A stretch of DNA of 64,000 bases, from the NCBI GenBank assembly GCA_050246755.1, contig JBFWVL010000001.1, positions 608,001 through 672,000 on the forward strand, in the 5' to 3' direction. Positions 56,867-64,000 of the stretch are shown here, one piece after another. Every line of letters begins with the position of its first letter. Within the stretch, counting starts at the first letter, position 1. Made by a program: the position numbers and the translations under genes. Source of the DNA: Bacteriovoracia bacterium. Lineage in GTDB: Bacteria; Bdellovibrionota; UBA1018; CAIPTA01. Below the pieces are notes generated by a model. It saw only the letters and a program-made list of their open reading frames with translations. It had not been told where the DNA came from and did not search any database.

Positions 56867-56871
56867 AATAG

Positions 56872-56904
56872 AAAAGAGGCGGAGTCCGCTAGGACCTCCG
56901 CCTC
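56872..56904 (-). terminator. Terminator hairpin between the convergent vWA-FN3 gene and clpB
   Basis: gaggcggagtcc-gcta-ggacctccgcctc with an A-tract on the left. Confidence 0.75.
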
Positions 56905-56917
56905 CAGTGGAGGGAAT

Positions 56918-59074
56918 CTAGGCCGGCAGGATCTTCAATCCGCCTTCGGCCTTCACTACCTTAAAGCTCGAGCCCGCTTTGTACGCACCCGCAAGCACGG
57001 TTTGCGCCAGCGGGTTCTGAAGCTCGCGCTGGATCGCGCGGCGCACGGGGCGCCCGCCGAACTCTGGATCCCAGCCGGCTTCGGCGAGGTAGTCGATCGC
57101 GGCGGGTTCTACGTCGAGGGTAATGCCCTTCGCGTTCACGAGTCGCTTCACTTCGCCGATCTGGATTTCCACGATGCGGTGGATCTGGTCTTTGCCGAGG
57201 TTCTCAAATACCACCACGTCGTCCACGCGGTTGAGGAATTCGGGCTTCACGGTTTGGCGCAAGGTTTCTTGCACGGCTTCTTTTCGTTTCTCACGCGAAA
57301 GCGAAGCATCGAGGAAAAAACGAGCGCCGATATTCGAGGTGAGGATGATCACGGTATTAGAGAAGTCCACCACGCGGCCCTGGCCGTCGGTGAGGCGGCC
57401 GTCGTCGAATACTTGTAGGAAAATATTCTGCACATCGGGATGGGCTTTCTCGAACTCGTCGAAGAGGAGCACGGAATATGGGCGGCGGCGCACGCTCTCG
57501 GTGAGCTGGCCACCCTCTTCGTAGCCCACGTAGCCCGGAGGGGCGCCGATGAGGCGGGCCACGGAGTGCTTCTCCATGTACTCACTCATATCGATGCGCA
57601 CCATGGCGGCTTCGTCGTCGAAGAGGAACTGCGCGAGGGCTTTGGCGGTTTCGGTTTTTCCCACGCCGGTGGGGCCGAGGAAGATGAAGGAACCAATGGG
57701 ACGATTCTCGCCCTGCAATCCGGCACGCGAGCGGCGGATGGCGTTGGCCACGGCCTCGAGGGCTTCGTCTTGCCCGACCACACGCTGGCGCAAACGCTCT
57801 TCCATCTTGAGTAATTTTTCCTGTTCACCCTCGAGCATTTTGCTCACGGGGATGCCGGTCCACTTGGAAACCACCTGGGCGATGTCTTCTTCGTCCACTT
57901 CTTGGCGCACGAGCTGAGCGCCCTCGGCGGAGAGATCAGCGCTCTGTTTAGCCAATTCTTTTTCGAGGTTGGGTAATTTTCCGTAGCGAAGCTCGGCGGC
58001 TTTTTCGAGATTGCCCTGGGCCTGGGCCACTTCGGCCTCCCCGCGCAGGCGCTCGATCTCTTCTTTGGTGCGGGTGATGCCGGTGATCACGTCTTTTTCT
58101 TTGCGCCAAATGGTCTTGAGCTTGGTGGTTTTTTCTTTAAGTCCAGAGATCTCGCCTTCGAGCACGCCGAGTCTATCTTTGGAAGCCCGGTCGGTTTCCT
58201 TTCTCAGCGCCTGGCGCTCAATTTCGAGCTGCAGCAGGCGGCGATCGAGTTGGTCGATCTCTTCGGGCATGGAATCGATTTCCATCCGCGTTTTGGCGGC
58301 GGCTTCGTCCATGAGGTCGATGGCCTTATCGGGCAGGAAGCGGTCGGTAATGTAGCGGTGGGAAAGCGTGGCCGCGGCTACCAACGCGGAATCCTTGATC
58401 GTTACCCCATGATGCACTTCGTATTTTTCTTTGAGGCCGCGCAAGATGGAAATCGTGTCTTGCACGCTGGGCTCAAGCACGAGGCACTGCTGGAAGCGGC
58501 GCTCGAGGGCCGGATCTTTCTCGATGTACTTTTTGTATTCGTTGAGGGTGGTGGCGCCCACGCAGCGAATCTCGCCGCGCGCGAGAGCGGGTTTGAGCAA
58601 GTTTGAGGCGTCCATCGCGCCTTCAGCGGCACCAGCGCCCACGAGGGTGTGGATCTCGTCGATGAAAAGCACGATCGCGCCTTCTTTTTTCTCCTGCGAA
58701 TCCTGCACGCCCTTCAGCAAAGCTTTCAGGCGCTCTTCGAATTCCCCGCGGAACTTGGCGCCGGCGATGAGCGCGCCCATATCGAGAGATAGTAAGCGGT
58801 TATTTTTTAGGCTCTCCGGTACGTCACCGCTGGCGATGCGCTGGGCGAGGCCTTCCACCACGGCAGTTTTCCCCACTCCGGGCTCGCCGATGAGCACGGG
58901 ATTATTTTTCGTGCGGCGGGAAAGGATCTGCATCACGCGGCGGATCTCATCGTCGCGGCCGATCACGGGGTCTAGTTTTCGCTCCTTGGCGAGTTTAGTA
59001 AGATCGCGGGTATAGGCGGTGAGCGGATCTTTTTCTTGCCCGTTCGGTACGTTGTATCCTTGGTTATTTGCCAT
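56918..59074 (-). CDS. clpB: ClpB disaggregase lacking the N-terminal Clp-repeat domain (718 aa)
   Basis: GGAGG RBS before ATG 59074; GEPGVGKT and GPTGVGKT Walker A motifs; full M-domain (AAELRYG). Confidence 0.93.
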   Translation of the reverse strand: MANNQGYNVPNGQEKDPLTAYTRDLTKLAKERKLDPVIGRDDEIRRVMQILSRRTKNNPVLIGEPGVGKTAVVEGLAQRIASGDVPESLKNNRLLSLDMGALIAGAKFRGEFEERLKALLKGVQDSQEKKEGAIVLFIDEIHTLVGAGAAEGAMDASNLLKPALARGEIRCVGATTLNEYKKYIEKDPALERRFQQCLVLEPSVQDTISILRGLKEKYEVHHGVTIKDSALVAAATLSHRYITDRFLPDKAIDLMDEAAAKTRMEIDSMPEEIDQLDRRLLQLEIERQALRKETDRASKDRLGVLEGEISGLKEKTTKLKTIWRKEKDVITGITRTKEEIERLRGEAEVAQAQGNLEKAAELRYGKLPNLEKELAKQSADLSAEGAQLVRQEVDEEDIAQVVSKWTGIPVSKMLEGEQEKLLKMEERLRQRVVGQDEALEAVANAIRRSRAGLQGENRPIGSFIFLGPTGVGKTETAKALAQFLFDDEAAMVRIDMSEYMEKHSVARLIGAPPGYVGYEEGGQLTESVRRRPYSVLLFDEFEKAHPDVQNIFLQVFDDGRLTDGQGRVVDFSNTVIILTSNIGARFFLDASLSREKRKEAVQETLRQTVKPEFLNRVDDVVVFENLGKDQIHRIVEIQIGEVKRLVNAKGITLDVEPAAIDYLAEAGWDPEFGGRPVRRAIQRELQNPLAQTVLAGAYKAGSSFKVVKAEGGLKILPA

Positions 59075-59255
59075 AGAATTTCCTCCTGAGGTGGCCGGCG
59101 CAATGGCGCTCTCTTCCCTCAAAGAAAAGATGGTCATTATTTTACGTATGTCCAGATATCCATAAGTAACTGAAATTACTGTGCTTATACGACGCAATGC
59201 TTTGCCGGTGAAAGGCTTGAGTTCTCCGGGGGAGAAACTTAAGATCCATTGGCCG

Positions 59256-60665
59256 ATGCCACAGACCACTCTCAGCTTAGCCACCGCCGCTCTCGGGGCC
59301 GGTTTTTACCCCATAGAAAAATCGGAACAGTCCGAATGGGTTTGGTCGCAAGCGGGCACAGCCTCGATTCGCGGCACTGCTCCTGGCCGGCTGGAATATA
59401 AGTTTACGGCTCCCTGCATGGGCACCGAGGTCCGCTTGGAGCTCAATGGCAACCTCGCCGGCGTCTATACCTCCAACCATGATTGGCAGGATTTTTCTGG
59501 CAGCCTTTCTCTTCCGGAGCAATGGTCGCTCACGTTTGTGACGAATCGCTGGAACGGCAATGGCGCGGCGTTCGCGAAAGATGATTCCCGGGAAATCGCG
59601 CTTTTATTTAGCACGCTGGCGGTAAACCAAAATCCGGCGAATGCAAAACACAAAAACCTGAAAGGTAGAATTTGCCCGCTTCCCTTCGCGCGCCAGGAAT
59701 CTTTGCGTCCCTACACCCCTTGCTGCCGCTGGTTTCTCGAAGAGGAAATTCATTCGCAGGCTCACGAAGCGGATCCCTGGAATGGGGAAACCGCGCGGAA
59801 GCTGCGGGAAAGTATCTACGATGGATCCTACCGCTTCTGCAAAAGAGATCTCTGCCAAGTTCCCTTGCTGGGAATGGATGAGCTCGAGCAAGCGGAAATT
59901 CCCATCCACGCGGACAATATAAAGGCGATCCGCGCCGGCCAGGCTTATATGCCGAAAGGGCCCACCTCCCTCGCCATCTCCGCCGATCCGCGCTGCAATC
60001 TGGCTTGCTCTACCTGCCGCTCCCAACTGATCACCCAGCTCTCGAGCGAGGATCAAAAGGAAATGGATGCGCTCGATACGCTGCTGACCGAAAAACGCGA
60101 CTCCCTGCAAACGATCACCTTCGCGGTGAATGGCGACGTATTTTTCAGCCCCTACCTCAGAGGCCATCTCCAAAAGACCACCCGTGAAAAATTTCCCTGC
60201 CTAAAATCCATCGAGATTCTCTCGAACGGATTATTGTTCGACCAAAAAGCCCTTGATCAACTTCGTCCCGGATCGGATTTTATCAAGCGCGTGTGCATCA
60301 CCGTGGACGCCGGCGATGCGGAAACCTACCAAAGGGTCAGGGGCGGCAACTGGGAGCGGCTGGTGAAAAACCTCGAGTGGATGGCGGAACTGCGACGTTC
60401 CGGCCGGTTCGAGTGGCTCCGCCTTATTTTCGTGGTGCGGAAAGCTAATTACCGCTCCCTGCCCGATTTTTTTGCCCTGGCCGCGCGCCTGCAGGCCGAC
60501 GACGTACTGCTTTCCAAGCTGCAAAACTGGACGGAGATGAAGGACGATTTTCTTACCGAAGCGGTATGCGATCCTAGGCATGAAGAGCACGCCGGCCTGA
60601 AGGGGATTCTGTCTTCCCTGGAATCGCGGCCACAAAGCTTTCGCATTCAATCAAATTTAGTTTAA
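59256..60665 (+). CDS. Radical SAM protein with an N-terminal beta domain and a SPASM/twitch-like module preceding the SAM core
   Basis: CPLPF..PCC..WNG..FC....C, then CNLACSTC (CxxxCxxC), LSNG and VDAG..ETY..VR. Confidence 0.85.
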   Translation: MPQTTLSLATAALGAGFYPIEKSEQSEWVWSQAGTASIRGTAPGRLEYKFTAPCMGTEVRLELNGNLAGVYTSNHDWQDFSGSLSLPEQWSLTFVTNRWNGNGAAFAKDDSREIALLFSTLAVNQNPANAKHKNLKGRICPLPFARQESLRPYTPCCRWFLEEEIHSQAHEADPWNGETARKLRESIYDGSYRFCKRDLCQVPLLGMDELEQAEIPIHADNIKAIRAGQAYMPKGPTSLAISADPRCNLACSTCRSQLITQLSSEDQKEMDALDTLLTEKRDSLQTITFAVNGDVFFSPYLRGHLQKTTREKFPCLKSIEILSNGLLFDQKALDQLRPGSDFIKRVCITVDAGDAETYQRVRGGNWERLVKNLEWMAELRRSGRFEWLRLIFVVRKANYRSLPDFFALAARLQADDVLLSKLQNWTEMKDDFLTEAVCDPRHEEHAGLKGILSSLESRPQSFRIQSNLV

Positions 60666-60675
60666 GATCGGCATC

Positions 60676-61806
60676 ATGTTAGGCTTGTTCAAAAAAATCG
60701 CCCCCTTTTTCACCGGCCCGGCGCCCTATTTATTTTTGAGCGCCTCCCGCAAAATCGGCCCGAATGATACCTGCCTCTTTTCTATCTATGATCCCTCCCT
60801 CGACGAAGTGAGCAACGTGGAAATACCCCTGCACCTCGCCCACTCCGTGGTAGGCAATGCCCAAAGCCGCCGCCGGGCGATCGCGGTCGAGCAATACGGC
60901 TCGAAAATGTGCGAGGTAGATCTAGTGGATAAGCGGGTTTCGCGCTTGATCGAGGCCGGAAAAGGCCGCGCTTTTTACGGACACGGAACTTTTTCCGCCG
61001 ACGCCAAATTATTTTTCTCCACGGAAATTTCGACCGACGAAAAAGAAGAAGGCTTTCTCGTGGTGCGCGACGGCGCGACTCTCGCCGAGCTCGACATATT
61101 ACCCACTTACGGCCGCCGCCCCCACGATATTGCGCTGGTGGAAAATGGCACCATGCTCTTCGTGGCCAATCAAGGGGCCGCCCATACCGAGCCGAACGGC
61201 GAGCTCACCAGCCTAGTATTCATCGATCTCGCTTCCGGAAAACTCGTGCGCAAGATGGAAGATTCCCGGGCCGGCTTTCTTTTCAGCCACCTCGCCACCA
61301 ATAAGCTCGGCCATATGGCGGCCGCCCTTTTTCACCCTCAGCCCAAGCAGGATCCGGAATCGATAAAAATCCGCAAACTGCTGGATAATCCCGAAACCCG
61401 GGCGGAGGGCGTGAAACGAACCATAGAAACGATCGAATACCGTTCGGCTCCCCTATTCTTCGTGGGCGCTGATTTGCGGGAACACGCTCCCGAATCGGCC
61501 TACGCCGAAATGAGAATGACCCTGAGCCTCTGCATGCATTCCGAAAAACCCGTGCTCGGCGCCATTCACGTGATGAGCGGCTTGGTCACTTTTTCGGACG
61601 CGAGCACGAATACCTTGCTCCATGCTGAAAAAATCGACGAAGTCCCGCAAGGAATCGCCCTCACCGAAGACGGAAAGGCCTTCGTAGTTTCTACGATGAG
61701 CGATTCGCTTTTTTATTTCGACGCCGGGAACTTCCGGTTAATGAAAAGAATCCGGCCGCGGGGATTCCAGTTCGGACACCACCTACTCGCCTGGAAAACC
61801 GCTTAG
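60676..61806 (+). CDS. DUF1513-like beta-propeller protein
   Basis: FYGHGTFSAD, STE, RPHDI, VANQG, SLVFID and SHL motifs. Confidence 0.78.
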   Translation: MLGLFKKIAPFFTGPAPYLFLSASRKIGPNDTCLFSIYDPSLDEVSNVEIPLHLAHSVVGNAQSRRRAIAVEQYGSKMCEVDLVDKRVSRLIEAGKGRAFYGHGTFSADAKLFFSTEISTDEKEEGFLVVRDGATLAELDILPTYGRRPHDIALVENGTMLFVANQGAAHTEPNGELTSLVFIDLASGKLVRKMEDSRAGFLFSHLATNKLGHMAAALFHPQPKQDPESIKIRKLLDNPETRAEGVKRTIETIEYRSAPLFFVGADLREHAPESAYAEMRMTLSLCMHSEKPVLGAIHVMSGLVTFSDASTNTLLHAEKIDEVPQGIALTEDGKAFVVSTMSDSLFYFDAGNFRLMKRIRPRGFQFGHHLLAWKTA

Positions 61807-61809
61807 GCC

Positions 61810-63345
61810 TTATTCTTCTTCGGGCGCCTTGCCGGCTTTTTTACTTAGGTCGAGCGAAGTAATCGCCAAGCCTTCGTCACGGCGGAAACGCAGCAGGTAC
61901 ACGCGCGGCTCCTTGAACAGGGCATAGAAGGATTTCAAGTTCGTCACCGGTTTTTGGTCCACTTCCACGATCAAGTCTTTTTGCTCGAGGCCGGCTTCGT
62001 CGGCTGGGCCGTCGGGGGTAACGCGCGAAACTACCACGCCTTTGGCGCTGGGGGGCAGGCCGAGCTCCCGGCGGGTTTCGGTATCGAGGTCTTCCACGTT
62101 CATCCCGAGATTGAGGGCGGGCTTGGCCGTCTTGGATTTGGGCGCGGTGCCTTGGCCAATGATATTCTCGCGGCTGGGCCGCTTGCCTACCATCACCTTG
62201 AAATCTTTTTCCTTCTCGGAGCGTAGCACGCGCACGTCGATAGCCTTGCCGGGCTCGAGGGAAGAAACCGTATTCACCAGCTGGCGGCCGTCGAGAATTC
62301 GTTTGCCGTTGATGCTGAGAATAACGTCGTAGGGCTGAATACCGGCCTTAGCGGCGGGCTCTCCGTCGTAAACTTCGCTCACGATCACGCCACGCGTATT
62401 TTTGGGAAGCTTCAAGTTCTTCGCGATCTGTGGGCTGATCTCGGTGATGTTCACGCCGATGAAGCCACGAGTTACGGTGCCTTTCGAACGAAGCTCCGGC
62501 AGGATGCGCTTCACGTAATTTATGGGAATGGCGAAGCCGATCCCCTGGGCCGCGGCATTGATCAAAGTATTGATCCCGATCACTTCGCCCGCGGTGTTGA
62601 TGAGGGGGCCGCCGGAATTCCCCGGGTTAATCGGCGTGTCGGTTTGCAGGTAATTCGCGAACTGCGAAATCGGGAGCACCACGCGTTCCTTGGCCGAAAT
62701 GATTCCCTTGGTGACGGTATGCCCGTGACCGAAAGGATTACCCACCGCCATCACCCACTCGCCTACCTGAAGGGCGTCGGAATCGCCGAGCGGAGCAGCC
62801 TTAAGCTTGCGCGATGTTTTGATTTTGAGCAGAGCCACGTCGGCGTCGGCGTCGCCGCCCACTACCTTCGCGTCGATGCCCTCGCGGTCGGCGTCTTCTT
62901 CGGTGAGGATGATCTTGATTTCGTCGGCATCGGCGATCACGTGGTAGTTCGTTACGATCAAGCCTTCTTTTTCGTCGATGATAAAACCCGAGCCGAGACT
63001 AGTGGATTTACGGGTCTGCGGATTCTGCTGTTGGGGCATGTTCGGCACGAACTCTTCGCCGAAAAACTGCTCGAAGAAACGCTTATACATTTCCGCCTGG
63101 GGCCCGCTGCCGTAAGGATTAGCCACGGTCTGGGTGGTATAGATATTCACCACGGAAGGCACCAGACGCTTCGAAAGATCCACGAAAAGATCTTTGAGGT
63201 TATCGGTTACGGCGGCGTGGGCCTGCTCGCCCCGCATTTCGGTACTGGCTAATTTGGAAATCCAGTTTCCGAGGCTGGTAGCACTGTAGCCGAAGCCTAA
63301 AACAACCACGGCGAGAACGAGAACGGAGTATTTGCTTAGTTTCAT
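61810..63345 (-). CDS. degP: DegP/HtrA serine endoprotease with two PDZ domains
   Basis: GSGFII, TNYHV, DVALLK and INPGNSGGPL; two PDZ units. Confidence 0.95.
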   Translation of the reverse strand: MKLSKYSVLVLAVVVLGFGYSATSLGNWISKLASTEMRGEQAHAAVTDNLKDLFVDLSKRLVPSVVNIYTTQTVANPYGSGPQAEMYKRFFEQFFGEEFVPNMPQQQNPQTRKSTSLGSGFIIDEKEGLIVTNYHVIADADEIKIILTEEDADREGIDAKVVGGDADADVALLKIKTSRKLKAAPLGDSDALQVGEWVMAVGNPFGHGHTVTKGIISAKERVVLPISQFANYLQTDTPINPGNSGGPLINTAGEVIGINTLINAAAQGIGFAIPINYVKRILPELRSKGTVTRGFIGVNITEISPQIAKNLKLPKNTRGVIVSEVYDGEPAAKAGIQPYDVILSINGKRILDGRQLVNTVSSLEPGKAIDVRVLRSEKEKDFKVMVGKRPSRENIIGQGTAPKSKTAKPALNLGMNVEDLDTETRRELGLPPSAKGVVVSRVTPDGPADEAGLEQKDLIVEVDQKPVTNLKSFYALFKEPRVYLLRFRRDEGLAITSLDLSKKAGKAPEEE

Positions 63346-63590
63346 TTTTTACTCACTTCCAGGAACTTCATCTGCACTTCGTACAGCACCCGTTCCAGTA
63401 ATTTGTCTTCGTCGGGGGTTAGGTTATTAAGAGTTTTTTGTTTAATCATTTGCAGCAGATCAATATTCTGCCGCGCCATTTCGAGGTCGAGCTCCTGCTT
63501 ATTCGAATCAGGGCGTGGGGCTAGGCCGAGGCCCATCATTGCGGCCGAAGCCACGGAAAGTACGAAAGTCGGAAAATCGATAGCGCTCAT
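63342..63590 (-). CDS. DUF1844-like protein
   Basis: FPTFVLS..AMMGLG..ARQNIDLL..KTLNNL; ATGA overlap with degP. Confidence 0.85.
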   Translation of the reverse strand: MSAIDFPTFVLSVASAAMMGLGLAPRPDSNKQELDLEMARQNIDLLQMIKQKTLNNLTPDEDKLLERVLYEVQMKFLEVSKK

Positions 63591-63614
63591 AGGGGAATGT
63601 TATGGCAAAGACGC

Positions 63615-64000
63615 TCAGCTTTCGCAAGCGCCGGGGCCGAGAAGACTCGCCCGGCGATCCTGAACGGAGGGCTGCAAAAAATAGAAATGAAATGGTTGAG
63701 ATTCTAGGGCCAGCGGAGAAACCAGGAAAAGCGAATCCATCGCAAGATTCCAGCGTTCGAGCGGAATCTTCCTCGCGAGCACGGAAACCTTTTGCAGCAT
63801 CGCAGCAATTCTAAACCGGTCCACTTGCTGCGCTGCGAGTAAGTCCGCGTTCAATACTTTTTTCGGGCTAGCCGCCAATCGGAGGCAGAAAGTGAGAGGG
63901 GGGGAAAAAAGAAACTGAAAAACAAAGGGATAGGCTTGGAGAAACTGAGCAAAGGGAAAAAGCGCCAGAGCCACAATCGTGTGCCGAGAGCGCCCGCGGG
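63615..64000 (-). CDS. Possible hypothetical protein, open to the window edge
   Basis: Open frame only; no recognisable motif. Confidence 0.3.
   Translation of the reverse strand, partial: RGRSRHTIVALALFPFAQFLQAYPFVFQFLFSPPLTFCLRLAASPKKVLNADLLAAQQVDRFRIAAMLQKVSVLARKIPLERWNLAMDSLFLVSPLALESQPFHFYFLQPSVQDRRASLLGPGACES

Noticed and set aside
59075-59284. N-terminal extension of ClpB, and a CIRCE or sigma-32 element in the same region
   Set aside because: The extension has no Clp-repeat similarity; only a weak CIRCE-like half-site and a poor heat-shock promoter match are present.

Overview
This is a bacterial chromosomal window, most consistent with a Bdellovibrionota/Oligoflexia-type genome. 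That assignment is inferred from a TIGR02147-like regulator, many signal-peptide hypotheticals and a vWA lipoprotein; no search was run. From left to right it contains: a translationally coupled operon (small peptide, PP-loop ATPase, SGNH hydrolase, DUF5989-like peptide); a 1644-aa secreted protein with an HExxH motif; a MASE3 histidine kinase; a TIGR02147-like/secreted-protein divergent pair; an orphan kinase fragment; a ~32-kb block (16.1-48.3 kb) holding a two-component/HD-GYP module and a Wzx/Wzy/Wzc surface-polysaccharide locus with six SAM methyltransferase domains; a Gly-rich secreted protein; tRNA-Gln(UUG) with a small AT-rich islet at its 3' end; a vWA + 8xFN3 lipoprotein; a ClpB lacking its N-domain; a SPASM/radical-SAM + DUF1513-like pair; and DegP. 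The strongest unexplained structures are (1) a ~57-64 bp direct repeat that copies the last codons of the Gly-rich gene and brackets the whole regulator + polysaccharide block with no integrase inside, and (2) an 11-bp-periodic TGTT-N7-TGTT box recurring upstream of transcription units within that block, next to an OmpR-family regulator. Together they suggest a self-regulated, exchangeable surface-glycan cassette. Domain names come from motif recognition by eye.
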